A DNA stretch of 64,000 nucleotides from Eledone cirrhosa (GCA_964016885.1 OZ024747.1:22816001-22880000); one strand, 5' to 3'. Positions 41,965 through 55,305 are shown, numbered from the stretch's first letter. Translations and numbers: made by a program. The notes: a model not told the origin generated them from the sequence alone.

Positions 41965-42175
41965 TGGTTTCTTATATAGGCACAAAACCAGCAATTTTGG
42001 GAGAGGGGGAAGTCGATTAAATCGACCCCAGTGTATTACTGGTACTTTATTTTATCGACCCCGTAAGGATGAAAGGCAAAATTAATCTCGGCGGGATTTG
42101 AACTCAGATCATAAAGAGCCGTAACTATATGCTGCAAAGCATGGCGTCCGACCCTCTACCGATACTGCCAATCCA
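41965..42175 (-). mobile_element. SINE (Meta-domain type, long variant)
   Basis: Includes the GTCGATTTAATCGAC hairpin segment. Confidence 0.87.
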
Positions 42176-42599
42176 AACAATAAAAGCAAACAATATTCAC
42201 TACAATAATATATGTATGAACCTGTGACCAAGCAGGGATAGATTCCAGAGGGCTCTTAACTCTTGGAGGAGTCATAACGGCAGTGTAGTGACATACGGCA
42301 TGTCTTGAGCATTTTAAACCTGGTGGAGCACATCTCGTTTCAAGTTCTGAAAGCAGCCAATTTCTTCTAGAGAAGGAGAAAATGACAGAGAGGAAGTGAG
42401 AAATAAATATAGAGGAAGAATCGATTCCACTACTGGATAGGTGTTTTCTTTATCGATCTCGAAAGGATGAAAGGCAAAGCTGACTTCAGTGAAATTCGAA
42501 CTTAGGGCGCAGTGAGCCGAAACAAATGCCGAGGCATACTTAACCCGATGCTCTAAAAACTTTGCTAATTCAACGTCTTTCTTATAGTTATGAATTGTA

Positions 42600-42938
42600 C
42601 AGGTGGTCCGAAAGTCTTTCACCCCTTGTCATATATTGTTTTAACTTTCATTATTTTTCGTTTTAATAATATAATATATAATATCATTAATTATAATATA
42701 TAATAATAATAATATAATTTTCTATTTCAGAGCTCCTACAGTTTGGAAGAGAGGCTGCTTGCAAGTGTATGGACACATGATCGTGTGTATTCTGGCAAGA
42801 GCATGGAGGATGTGCGACATGACTTCACTGCAAGATTCGGCAAACCAGCTCCTCCGAAGAGGACGATACTGTGATGGGAACATAAACTATTTCTCATTAC
42901 TTTTTGGTAGGGGGTGACAAGACTTTTGGACCACCCTA
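42600..42938 (+). mobile_element. Internally deleted Tc1/mariner element
   Basis: TA|CAGGTGGTCCGAAAGTCTTTCACCCC ... GGGGTGACAAGACTTTTGGACCACCCTA|TA; HTH remnant YSLEERLLASVW..DVRHDFTARFGKPAPPKRTIL*WEHKL. Confidence 0.8.
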
Positions 42939-43382
42939 TACTTGAATTTTTATTCACTGAAATTAAACAGAAAAATCAGCCCACTTCTGATTACCTCAGC
43001 ATCATATTCTTTTTATTTGCTGATTCAGAGAAGAATGGGGATATGAGTTTATGGTTTTGTCCAACGTTTATGAGGTTCTACACAGCCTGAAATAAATTGG
43101 TTGGACGTTTAAATCTGAGATTAGCTTTGAGGTAAGAAATGTTAAGTTTCAATTTGTTGGGCGTTTGCTGTTGGTAAAACATTATATATTTATGTAATCT
43201 ACAAAGTAATATCATATTTCGGGTGGGTAATTTTATTTTGGGAAGAACTTCGATATTTGTTGCTTTTATTGTTTAGCCCCAAAGACAGTCTAGTCACGAC
43301 CACTCCATATGTATTTTAAATACAGTGTATCAGGAACTACATTATAAAATCGATCCTCCCCTTTTTACGATGGTAGAATGTA

Positions 43383-43550
43383 CCGTATTTCCCGGCGCCG
43401 AAGACGCTACTTTTTTCCTAAAATAAGTCTAAAAAATCTACCATGGGTCCTGGAGGCAGAAGGTTGTTTATTATTTTTTTTCAAATTTTTGGTTGTCAAA
43501 ATTAGGGTGCGGCCTCGAAGACGAAGCGTCTTCGGCGCCGGGAAATACGG
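43383..43550. mobile_element. Tc2/pogo-like MITE
   Basis: Perfect TIR CCGTATTTCCCGGCGCCGAAGACGCT; second copy at 52399. Confidence 0.88.
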
Positions 43551-43894
43551 CATCTCGAGGCAGATTTGATTGCTATTTCTAACATATTATAGCGTCTATT
43601 AGTATTTGTTTCATCCAGGGTCCTAAAGTGGCAGCTTCGTCAACTGATGGGTAGGAACTTGATGGTACTGCTCCCTACTTTTCAATGGTGCAGATCTGAT
43701 ATTTAAGGTGATATACACATTTCGAAATTCCGCTTTAATTATTGCTAAGTAGAGTGTTTACCCAAAATGTTCTGGCCCCCTCTCCACACGATCCCCAAAG
43801 TCTGACGACGAGCCTGTAAAGGGGTTAGAGGGCTTCGAACTAAGTTTGTATCAATAGAAATGTATATGAAAGCACATAAATATACGTATTCATA

Positions 43895-44420
43895 ATGGTT
43901 TTTGATTTAGGAACAAGTCCAGCAATTTGAAAGGAGGGGAAAGTCGATTAAATCGACCCTCGTGTATTACTGGTACTTTATTTTATCGACCCCGTAAGGA
44001 TGAAAGGCAAAGCTAATCTCGGCGGGATTTGAACTCAGAGCGTAAAGGACCACAACTCTATGCCGCAAAGCATATTGTACGACGCTCTACCGATACTGCC
44101 AAACCACCACCCCATGTGTATATATAATTGTTTCTACTTTTGGCACAAGGCCAGCAATTATCCCAGTGTATTACTGGTACTTTATTTTATCGACCTCGTA
44201 AGGATGAAAGGCAAAGTTAACCTCGGCGGGATTTGAACTCAGACCATAAAGGGCCGTAACTCTATGCTGCAAATCATGGAGTCCGACCCTCTACCGATAC
44301 TGCCAATCCACCGCGTATATATAATTGTTTCTACTTTAGGCACAAGGCCAGCAATTACCCAGTTCATTACTGGTACTTTATTTTATCGACCCCGTAAGGA
44401 TGAAAGGCAAAGTCAACCTC
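43895..44420 (-). mobile_element. Three tandem SINE copies
   Basis: Copies at ~43895-44110, 44126-44313 and 44323-44420. Confidence 0.87.
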
Positions 44421-44425
44421 AATAA

Positions 44426-44860
44426 ACATATATAAGTCTCGCTATAAACGTTTTAAGATGTAATCATGTCACGGCTATCTCAGTAGCCAGGTGACACTAG
44501 CATTTTAGGATTTTTATCCATCATTGGTGATATTTACTTACTCGGTACTGAGACAAGAATAAGTTATAGCTTATATACTTTTTGAGTATAAACATTATAA
44601 TGTGAACTATGTTAGTGATACCTCTAACTAAGTATAGCTAGTCAAGCTCGCACAATATACAAATGAGTATCTCCAACAGATGTTTTATGCGCAAAAAGTA
44701 TATAAGCTATAGCTTATTCCAGCTTTAGTACAGAGTGAGTAAATGTTCCTAATGATGGATAACAATCCTGAATCGCTAGTATTAGGCATTCTCACTTGGC
44801 TACTGAGATATACCTGACATGATCACAGCTTAAAACGTTTGCAGCGAGTCTTATATATGT
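44426..44860. mobile_element. Long-TIR fold-back MITE
   Basis: ACATATATAAGTCTCGCT.. inverted over ~170 bp; partial copy at 48727-48860. Confidence 0.75.
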
Positions 44861-45041
44861 GGATTGGCAGTATCGGTAGAGGGTAGGACGCCATGCTTTC
44901 CAGCATAGTTACGTCCCTTTACGATCTGAGTTCAAATCCCGCCGAGGTTGACTTTGCCTTTCATCCTTACGGGGTCGATAAAATAAAGTACCAGTAATGC
45001 ACTGGGTAATTGATGGCCTTGTGCCTAAAGTAGAAACAATT
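44859..45041 (+). mobile_element. SINE (Meta-domain type)
   Basis: Full head, body and tail. Confidence 0.87.
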
Positions 45042-45229
45042 ATAAATAAACATGTCCTATATGCTTTCATATACACCTCTATTATGAATCACGCTATGTT
45101 AGTACCATCGCTAATTAAGTTTGTATTACTATATATTCAATTTCTTTCTCGATTCGAAACTTTCCAGAATCAACGTTTCCCTTTCTTAGATAAAATATTC
45201 AGTCAATTCAATCCACTCTTTTCTCCGTT

Positions 45230-45575
45230 TAATAGCCGAAAGGTTAAGAAGGTCTTCTCGCAATCATTAGGTCACAGGTTCGATCCCATTGCGTGGCATC
45301 TTGCTAAAGTGTCATTTACCATAGCATAGAGTCGACCCATTGTGAGTGAGATAGTTGTAGACGGAAACTGTTTGGAAGCCCGTTGGATGGACTGCACCTG
45401 TAATTCAAAGGGCTAGCCTTGTCTCGCACTGTGTCACACTGAATCTCTGAGAATCCCGTTAAGGATACACGTGTCTGTGGAATGTTCAGCTACCTATACG
45501 TTAATTTCATGATCAGGCTGTTAGGTTGATCAAACAACTGAAACACTCACTCATCGTCGAAACTGACTGGGGTGT
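45230..45575 (+). mobile_element. Second tRNA-derived SINE family (CORE-like head)
   Basis: B-box GGTTCGATCCC; tail ACACGTGTCTGTGGAATG.TCAGC shared with 8205-8248, 40310-40380 and 52570-52620. Confidence 0.6.
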
Positions 45576-46962
45576 CTATTCTCTCTTCCTCCCATCAGTC
45601 AGCCATGCAGTGTCTCAGCTCACAGATCCTGCACGAAACACTTCTCAGAACTGCAAGCAAACCTTCTGATGCTAGAATTCTTATTTCCACCTACGCATTT
45701 CCTGCTAACAATGACTTACAGATGTTTAAGCTGAACATCAACCGCGTCATTCTCACCACTTTAAGAAGGGCTCTTTCAAAGATCATGAATATTGCTCCTC
45801 ACAAATTTCTTCTCCTGAATAACTTAGAAAATATAACTACACCTCTCTCGCTGACAAATAATCTTGGCCTTCTGCTTAGTCAAAAGAAATCAATATTCCG
45901 GTTTCTCCACATTTTTGCAATATTTAGCAGTTCATACTAAAGGCTAACATGCGATTATATTTCTATTGATATGGGCCTCGCTTTACCCTCGAGAGTGATT
46001 TAAAACAACAACAAAAGCACAGAAACAAAAAAGAACAAGGGGGAAAAGTAAAAAAAAAAAAAGATACGAAAAGCAAACAGAAAAGAAAACGTAGCTGTTT
46101 CAAGAGAATTCAAATTGTAGAGGGTCGTCTATGAACAGGATGAAACGGAATCGTTAAATCTTCGTGGAATAAATCACAATACAATTGGCGCTCCGAAAAT
46201 GGAACGAGGATTCCTGTCTGTTTGTCTGCCTGTCTGTTTACTGGTGAGATTTGAAGGATAAATTTTACTTATTCTCTCCCACTTGAAGTGTAAAATATCA
46301 AATTCTATTATGGTAAACATTCCATAAGGAATTACGGCAGTTTTGAATTTCAGGAACAGTTTTTTTTTTAATTATCATTATCATTATTATTATTTTTTAT
46401 TATTTTTTTGGGGGGTTTAATGTTGGTAGGATCAATGTTTCATTTCTTTCTTTCATTTTCTTTCTTTCGTTCTTTCATTCTTTCATTCTTTCTTTCTTCC
46501 TTTCTTTCTTTCGTTTTCTTTTTTATTCAGACTCTCTTTCTCCCTTCCTTGCTTTCCTTTACTTTGTTTTGTTTTGCAAACATGGCACGCAATAACAAAT
46601 GAACTGTTCATTACCCCTCCCCCATCACACCACCACTTTCTCCGTTTCTTACCTTTTCTTTTTCTTTTTCTTTTCGAGAGAGAGAGAGAGAGGGGGGGGA
46701 GGGTATGGGCTCTCAGTAAAACAATGTCGTTTACATAGTAAAAAAATCGCGGTAGAACTTCCGACTGCTTTATGTTGTACAATCAGTATTCACACATCAC
46801 GTGATCTCGAACGTCTCCTTCCGGTCAAGGTCATCACGTGTAATGGAGATTTCTAGCTTGCAATATTGCTTTTAGGCGGGAAAGGGAGCGTCCGCCAACC
46901 ATTGGCTATGGTCTGGACGGAAACGCATCACTTCGGTGACTGCAAGAATATGTATGTATGTA

Positions 46963-46993
<31 letters not shown>

Positions 46994-47061
46994 TGTATGT
47001 ATGTATGTATGTATGTGTGAATGTGTGTATGTATGTATGTATGTATGTATGTATGTATGTA

Positions 47062-47092
<31 letters not shown>

Positions 47093-47270
47093 ATGTATGT
47101 ATGTATGTATGTCTCATGGTCGGGCCTCATGGTCGGTATATCTCAGGGATATAAAGTAGTGGCCGTACTCGAAAACGAGTTGGCAGCCACCATGTATGTA
47201 TGTATGTATGTATGTATGTATGTATGTATGTATGTATGTATGTATGTATGTATGTATGTATCTATGTATG

Positions 47271-47852
47271 TTCTTCTGGTTTTATAATTTCACAAATTTT
47301 TGCCAATAGAGAGAGAGTCGGTTTCTAACATAGTTACAAGACTTTCTCATTGGAATTTACACAACATCAACTAAGTAGATATGTATGCATGTCTGCATGC
47401 ATGTGTAGATATGGATGTTATTCTATGTGTGGATGTGTATGTTTTGAGTTGTATGTGTGCATGTGTATATGCTTTGTATCTGTACATGTGTGTATACAGT
47501 TATTAGATGCAAAATTTTTGGAATGTTTTACATATTTTTACTGTTCCATTAATGGATTGTACTTGTAATTTCCTAACTAGTTGTGTTCTTTCTGTTCCTG
47601 TGAAGCCTAGCTTCTCAAGATTTGTATTGAGGCAGTTACTAACATACCCCAGTGCCCCAATAATCACAGGCATAAATCTGAAGGTGTAATCAGGGTGGAG
47701 TATCTGCAGATTTCTCATCAGTTCTGCATAAATATTCTTCTTTTCGCTAATCTTTGATATTATATTGGCATCTGCTGGGCAGCTAACTTCCACTACTGTG
47801 CATGCCTTCTTTTCCCTGTCCCATATCATAATATCCGGTCTGTTATGGCTGC
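47271..47852 (-). mobile_element. 5'-truncated R4/Dong-clade non-LTR element (restriction-like endonuclease end)
   Basis: HNRPDIMIWD..VVEVSCP..EKKNIYAEL..PVIIGALG, a PD-(D/E)xK RLE motif set; flanked by (ATGT)n on both sides. Confidence 0.85.
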
Positions 47853-47883
<31 letters not shown>

Positions 47884-47920
47884 TGTATGTATGTATGTAT
47901 GTATGTATGTATGTATGTAT

Positions 47921-48596
47921 GTTAGGTGACTCTTGAGTGCTACTGGTAATATGTAACCCAGTACAACGCATAGTCGGGTCGTCGGCGACTAAACCGGCAA
48001 CCCCACCAAATTTACTTGGCAAGGAGGGTGATTTTGGACACCCTGCAGGACAAAAAACAAAACCTGACAAAGGGCGAAAGAACGCATAAGAGCCAACGGC
48101 CATCCAAAAATGTGTAAATATGTATATACATATGTGTATATATGTATACATATGTATACATATGTGTATATGTATACATATGTATACATATGTGTATATA
48201 TGTATATACATGTATACATATGTGTATATATGCGCAGGAACATAGAAATAATCGGGTTAGATACCTGATCGCGCGGTTAAACCACTGGGAGTGAAGGACC
48301 CCTAGCCTTTGTCAGGGCATTCTTTTAGGAGAAGGCAACTCAGGAAACTGGGATAACTCCAACATAAAACCTGCGGCTCAGTAGTTACCGATGATGTTGA
48401 TCTTTTCTTATTTTCGGGTTATAGCTACTGTCGCTCAGAGAGTGGGATTGGCTCAGTGCACAGTCTTTCCTCACTTTAAAAAAAATCTTTACGCACAGGC
48501 ATTGCACGATTGCATTAATTGCATTAATTGATAATTATTAATAATGTTATATCGTGCAATGGCCATACTCGATAACGAGGGGGTAGCCATCACGTA
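47921..48596 (+). mobile_element. Diverged full-length copy of the RTE-derived bipartite element, interrupted by a microsatellite
   Basis: Inverse homology to 725-1287. Confidence 0.65.
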
Positions 48597-49122
48597 TGTA
48601 TCTATGAAAATGAGCATTCATGTTGATATGAAAATAATATATAGAAAAATATTAGCAGTAACATCGTGTGATTCAGAATAAAGGCGTATATGGAAGCATA
48701 TACAATGTATTTATGTACAATAATAAACATATATAAGTCTCTCTGTAAGTATTTTAAGCTGTGATCATGTTATAGCTACCCCAGTAACCGTGTAAGAACG
48801 ACAAACACTACAGATTTTTAAAACTATCATCAATGTCATTCATTTACTCGGAACTGAAGCAAATAAACTGATTATCTTCTTATATATATAGAATTTGCAA
48901 ATAATACATTTAAGGATGTACTTATATGCACCACAGGCTAGCTTGACAGACTTGTATTAATTTATATATTTCATGAAAATGTTATTAGTTTGTATTGCTG
49001 AGATGAAGCATGTCTACAGAAAGTTGTAGTTAAGTTTGAGCTAACATACTTAATATTCTGAATCAAAAAATACATTTGAACAATGAAAATTGCATCGGTT
49101 AAAAGGGAAAAAGTCATTAGCA

Positions 49123-50884
49123 TCTGTATATATATAAAATTAAGTATGTGTGTGTGTCTGTGTATTACCTATAGGGGCCTACATCTTACGACCGATTTTC
49201 ATGAAACTTTACAGGCTCATAGATTAGTCACCGGGAGTGTTTTCTATATATCAGCGTATGTTATTTTTTTATTCCGGGGTCATTAAATATTAAAAAATAA
49301 GTCAACCAAATACACAAAATCTTAGCTAAAACAAATTAAAGGGATACCTAAGAAGCAGGACAGAAGGAATTATTTCCCGTTGATAGTTACTCTAATCGGT
49401 TAAAACAATTGCCACACAATGACAAATTACTTCTTGGTCGCTCTACCAGCTAAAAATACATTGAACAAAATATTTAAGTAAAATCATCTTAAGAAACATC
49501 AACACCATTCTATCATGAGACACTACTAATGAAAAAGAACGAATGTAGGAGAAATCGTCAATCCATATAAACTTTTCACCGTTAACTCAGCAGACGATAT
49601 CACTTAATATCTACATTCCTACATCGATCTGTATATTAATTCTCTCCCTCTCTCTATTTTATATATATAATCTTTCTCTCTATTTTATATATATCTGTAT
49701 ATATATATATAAAATTATATACGATTTCCCTCAACATTTCGCCATTTGCTACACCTTACGACCGATTTTCAAGAAACTCGCCAGCTCATGAATTTCCAAC
49801 CAGGTTTTATTCCTACTTTGACTCCGTTCATCTCAGTTCACACTATTGACCTCTACTACAACCGGGTGTCAACGATAATTCTTTAACTTTTTAAGTCTGC
49901 GATAAATGGTTACTTTGTACAATCCGGCTATACTGTTCTCTGCATTAATCTCTTTCATGGGTGCTATTCCAGATGTGCTTAAACTACTCTTTAGATAATG
50001 CCTCCGAAGAAGAGTAACAAAATTGGTCGGAAAACGGCGAGAGGCAGAAGTATGACAAATAGACGAGCAAGTGAGCCACTACAAAATGCCGAAATAAGAC
50101 AAACTAAAAACGCAATGTCCACGGCCGCTGCACGCGCTGCTGAAACGGAGGATCAGCGCGTCCGCGGACAGACAAGAGACACTGTGTCGAAGACCAGTGC
50201 ACGAGCTTCTGAAAATGAGGGTCAGCGCGTTCGCAGACAAAGAAGAAACGCAATGTCGACGGTCAGTGCACGAGTTTCTGAAAATGAGGTTCAGCGCGTT
50301 CGCAGACAAAGAAGAAACGCAATGTCGCCGACCACTGCACGGGCTACGGAGACATCATCCGAAAGGCGTGATCGGTTGCAGAGTAATCTTCAAAGAAGCC
50401 TTTCCAGAAATGGTCTGTCAAGGCCTTCCAGTTCGCGATGGCTACTTAAGGCGTTTGAATATAGCCCAACCTTCAATTATGCCACCCATGCTGATGTGAT
50501 CATTGGCGATATGTCCACCATTTGCACCTACTGCAATGCCTTGAAGTGGCCAGGTGAACCATCTGGGATGTACTGCGCGAATGGAAAGGTCAGCTTACCT
50601 TCCCTCCTTGATCCACCTGAGCCATTGAAGACATATCTGGCAGGTGAAACAGCGGAGTCTAAGCACTTCCTTGAAAATATCCGGAAATACAACTGCGCCT
50701 TTCAGATGACATCGTTTGGAGCAAACATTGTTAAGGAAGACGGTTTCATGCCTACATTTAAAGTTCAGGGGCAACTGTGTGTGGCCATAGATGAGTCATC
50801 GAGAAGCAGTCGCTAAGATCAACACCTTTTCATCAAAGCAGATATTATTTTACCTACCCAGGCAATTCTGGGTACTGCTGCTGG
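49123..50884 (+). mobile_element. Internally deleted Helitron
   Basis: A|TCTGTATATATATAAAA start; 3' hairpin TACCCAGGCAATTCTGGGTA followed by CTGG|T; RepHel ORF fragment. Confidence 0.82.
49998..50816 (+). CDS. Truncated Helitron RepHel N-terminus (STPR-like repeats plus zinc finger)
   Basis: 23-aa repeats; CTYCNALKWPGE..CANGKV..LP; FLENIRKYNCAFQMTSFG..FKVQGQ. Rep and helicase domains are absent. Confidence 0.85.
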   Translation: MPPKKSNKIGRKTARGRSMTNRRASEPLQNAEIRQTKNAMSTAAARAAETEDQRVRGQTRDTVSKTSARASENEGQRVRRQRRNAMSTVSARVSENEVQRVRRQRRNAMSPTTARATETSSERRDRLQSNLQRSLSRNGLSRPSSSRWLLKAFEYSPTFNYATHADVIIGDMSTICTYCNALKWPGEPSGMYCANGKVSLPSLLDPPEPLKTYLAGETAESKHFLENIRKYNCAFQMTSFGANIVKEDGFMPTFKVQGQLCVAIDESSRSSR

Positions 50885-51484
50885 TTATGAATATTTCTGC
50901 CAAGAAAGCGAAGGGAGACAACCTCGTATATCATTATATTTGATGAACTATAGTAATATATTGTATGTTTGAGCGCTCCATGACGGTCCTCCTTGTTCGT
51001 CAGTCTTGTCTAGCTGCGTAAACCCCAACATTATAGACAGCCCAAAATTCCGACCAGAAAATGGGGTTTTACACGAGATCGCAGATACGCAACTTCTCGT
51101 ATCAAATCCACACGAAGAAATATAAGCTCTCCTTTTCTCATTCCGCTTACGTAACGTCGCTATCCCTATCACTTACGGTGCGTGACCCATAGCCATACAT
51201 GACCTTTACTTAGTGTTGATGGTGTGCATTCCAGCACAGTTTTCTGGAGTCAGTGAGGCTGTTCACCTTGCACATACTTCTGTTTGTATGGGATTTAAAA
51301 AAAGAGGATGGTGTTTTTAAGACGTAGAAGTATTAGTGCGTTGAGTATTGTTCTTGTTTCCGGGTGTTTGGAGTTAGTTTTTCATATAGTAAGGATTGCA
51401 GGAACTGAAGGATGCTGCAGCAATAGACTGGGCTCCTCGTACATTCAGGTGTTTTGTTTTTATTTTAAGTGTTTTTGTTTCGTT

Positions 51485-51862
51485 GTGGGTGTGGTCTGTT
51501 ATAGCCTATTATGGTGCGTTGTGGGTGCGGCCTGATAAATCTATTATGATGTGTAGTGCATTGTGGGCGTGGTCTGATACAACCTGTTATGGTGCATTGC
51601 GGGCGTGGTCTATTATAACCTGTTATGGCGCAATATGGGCGTGGTCTGATACAACCTGTTATGGTGCGCAGTGGGCGTGGTCTGATACAACCTGTTATGG
51701 TGCGTTGTGAGTGTAGTCTGTTATAACCTATTATGATGTGTAGTGCATTGTGGGTGTGGCCTATTAGGGTGCGCTGCAGACGTGGACTATTATGGTGCGT
51801 TGTGGGTGTGGCCTATTATGGTACGTTGTGGGTGTGTCCAGATAAACCTGTTATGGTACGTG
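51485..51862. repeat. Degenerate ~36-bp minisatellite
   Basis: TGGTCTGATACAACCTGTTATGGTGCATTGCGGGCG variants. Confidence 0.85.
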
Positions 51863-52253
51863 CTGCGTTTTCTTTTTAGTTTTTTGCGAACTGTTACAAA
51901 GAGATTAGATGGGGCGTTGGTGGTATTTTGTGTTGTTTAGTACGTTGTATAGGTGTGTTGTGAGGTGGATTAGTGTGTAACTCCTAGTCTTGTCTTCTAC
52001 CTGTGTGTTGTGAGTGTGGTGGATTAGTTGTGTGTAACTCCTAGTCTTGTTGTCTTCTGTCTGTGTGTGATATGTTTTTCTTTTGAGTGTAATAGTTAGT
52101 TGTATTTGATGTCTTCTGGTGTTGGTGTAAAGGAGATGATGGAGTGTGTAGGCCACACTTTAGTGTTTTGAAACTTTAATGTTTCTAGACGATTTAAGTA
52201 GGTTGTAGTAGTTGTGCAGCAGTGTCTGGAGAATACTGGAAAGATATGAGTGT

Positions 52254-52680
52254 GGAGGTCCGTGGCTTAGTGGTTAGAGTGATCGACTTACGATCAAGTG
52301 CCTTGAGTTCGAGTCCCGGCGAGGTGTTGTATCCTTGAACAAGACGCCTATTTAATGTTGCTGCAGTCTACTCGCTAAATCTTTCTCAGAATTAATTACC
52401 GTATTTCCCGGCGTCGAAGACGTTACTTTTTCCCGAAAATAAGTCTAAAACATCTACCATGCGTCTTGGAGGCCGAAGGTTGTTTATTTTTTTCAAAATT
52501 TTTGGTTGACAAAATTAGAGTGCGTCCCCGACGACGAAGCGTCTTCGGCTCCATGAAATACGGTAAGTGTACTCGTGTCTGTGGAATGCTCAGCCACTCA
52601 CACGTTAATTACACAAGCACGCTGCTCGGTTGTTTGAGGAACCAGAACACTGGCCGTCAGAATCGATGGAGGTTGAACAA
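52254..52680 (+). mobile_element. V-type tRNA SINE interrupted by a Tc2-like MITE (52399-52563)
   Basis: A-box TGGCTTAGTGG, B-box GAGTTCGAGTCC; MITE TIR CCGTATTTC with TA on both sides. Confidence 0.75.
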
Positions 52681-52842
52681 CACGCAGCAGCGTATGAAAC
52701 TGTCCGTGTGTTTTGTAAAGGGTGATTCCATGAGAGTATCTTGGTCAGCTCATGAAGTTTTCAGCCGTCACTCGTATACGTCGAAGAGACAGAGAGAAGA
52801 TGCAGAAACAGTCTTACAACAATTCACTTAATCTACTTAGTC

Positions 52843-53041
52843 ACAAGACTAGCAAATTTATGGGAAAGGGTAAAATTGATTAAACCAACGTAAGAACTTG
52901 ACAGGTACTCTATTTTATCGACCTGGAAAGGATGAAAGGCAAAGTTGATCTTGGCGGGATTTGAACTCAGAATGTTAAGAGCCAAAACCAATACCGTAAT
53001 GATATTTGATCCAATGTTCTACCATAGTTGTCAATCCACCA
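52843..53041 (-). mobile_element. Diverged SINE (Meta-domain type)
   Basis: AAGGATGAAAGGCAAAGTTG..GGATTTGAACTCAG. Confidence 0.75.
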
Positions 53042-53379
53042 CCCTTCTTACAACAATTCCTTTAGTCTACATAGAACACAAGAAGGACCTGGTGAAAAAC
53101 TTGTTATGAAAAATTGTGTTATGTAAATTCCACTTTATTATTGCCTTGCCTAAAGCAACTCACCGTTTGCTATTGGGAGTAGAATGCTATAATTAAAATT
53201 GGTTAGCCACGTTGCCGCCGTCTTTCTGTTTATTTGATTTCGCTGTCTTCGTGCTGTGCCGAGTACAAAAGCGCTCATTGTTTGCTTCCAAATCATCACA
53301 AATCAGAGTTTTGAACATGCCATCTAGCCGTAGGGAGTGGATCGGGGGATGATGAGAGGGAGGGGGCGACTCACGCACG

Positions 53380-53420
<41 letters not shown>

Positions 53421-53623
53421 ACGCACACACACGCACACACACGCACACGCACACGCACACACACACACACACACGCACACGCACACGCACACACACACAC
53501 ACACACAAAAGCATAATACAGTTGCTTGGAAAATCGTGAACAGAACAAGACATGTCTTCACTTTGTTTCTACATTTTCGTATTTCACACCCATATCTCTC
53601 GCTTATTCTCTCTTTCTCTCTTG

Positions 53624-53687
<64 letters not shown>

Positions 53688-53809
53688 CTATATATATATA
53701 TATATCCTGGGAGTGTAACGCAGAGTTATTGTAGGTTCACCTAGGTAAGCACTCGATGTTTAGTTTCACGTCAGTATCGAGGTGTAGAGCGAGAGAGAGT
53801 GTAATATTA

Positions 53810-54148
53810 TAATTGTTTCTAGTTTTGGCACAAGGCCAGCAAATTACCCAGTGTATTACTGGTACTTTATTTTATCGACCCCATAAGGATGAAAGGCAAA
53901 GTTGATCTTGGCGGAATTTGAACATCAGAATGGAAAGGGCCGTAACTCTATGCGTCAAAGCATGGCGTCCGACCCTCTACCGATACTCGGACGCCATGCT
54001 TTGACGCATAGAGTTACGGCCCTTGCCATTCTGAGTTCAAATTCCGCCGAGGTTGACTTTGCCTTTCATCCTTATGGGGTCGATAAAATAAAGTACCAGT
54101 AATACACTGGGTAATTGCTGGCCTTGTGCCAAAAGTAGAAACAATTAT
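53810..54148. mobile_element. Head-to-head inverted SINE pair
   Basis: 53810-53972 is a near-perfect reverse complement of 53988-54148. Confidence 0.88.
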
Positions 54149-54201
54149 TCTATTACACTCTTACAAGGACGAATGGTTACTCCTTCTTTACGTTTATTTA
54201 T

Positions 54202-54284
<83 letters not shown>

Positions 54285-54285
54285 G

Positions 54286-54456
<171 letters not shown>

Positions 54457-54458
54457 GA

Positions 54459-54509
<51 letters not shown>

Positions 54510-54570
54510 GGAAAACAGTCAGGACCCCGGTGCGTTATGGTCCACTTGGTTCCTTACCACACTTTCTTTG

Positions 54571-54618
<48 letters not shown>

Positions 54619-54802
54619 AAATGTGCTAGCAGCCGAGGTGGACGATGAAGTTATAACTGTAAATATACAGGGTGGGTAACAGAGACTGTATATAAATATA
54701 CACATTTTTAATATGTAGGCATGCCAGAAAATACGAATTTCCCTACATATTAAAATGTTTATATTTATATACACATTGGGACAATCTTGGTTTCCCACTT
54801 TG

Positions 54803-54893
54803 TATATACATAGATATAACTCCCTTTATATACATAGATATAACTCCCTTTATATACATAGATATAACTTCCTTTATATACATAGATATAACT
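54803..54893. repeat. 24-bp tandem repeat, about 4 copies
   Basis: TATATACATAGATATAACTCCCTT. Confidence 0.85.
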
Positions 54894-55305
54894 TTACTCA
54901 CTTTAATGTATAATTCGACTGCTAACGAACTTCTTAATATATATCTTAATTAACTACCAGCAGGAGCGCTAATTATATGCGAATGAATACGTCCATTTCA
55001 GAATAATATTAAGAGGGAATGGGTATATAAGCCCATCAAATACGTGTTTCCTTGTGGTTGTTTGGATGACGTACACGCCTTCTGCTGAAGGCTCAACTAG
55101 GTCCGAAAATCAGTTAAAATTCTTTTATCACTTTTTTCAATTTACAGGGAAATTCGTATTCTCATGCCTACATATTAAAAATGTGTATATTTATATACAC
55201 ATTGAGGAAGTTTTGGTTACCCACATATATTTAATATAGAAATGGATTCTACAGGACGAGAACTGTTTCATTCAAAGGAAATCATGGGACCACCCATGAA
55301 AACTC

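Noticed and set aside
42965-43136. Possible plus-strand exon with GAG|GTAAGA donor
   Set aside because: No sustained ORF or other support
55075-55120. CTGCTGAAGG..CCGAAA hammerhead-like motif
   Set aside because: Core is mutated and no convincing stem I or stem III
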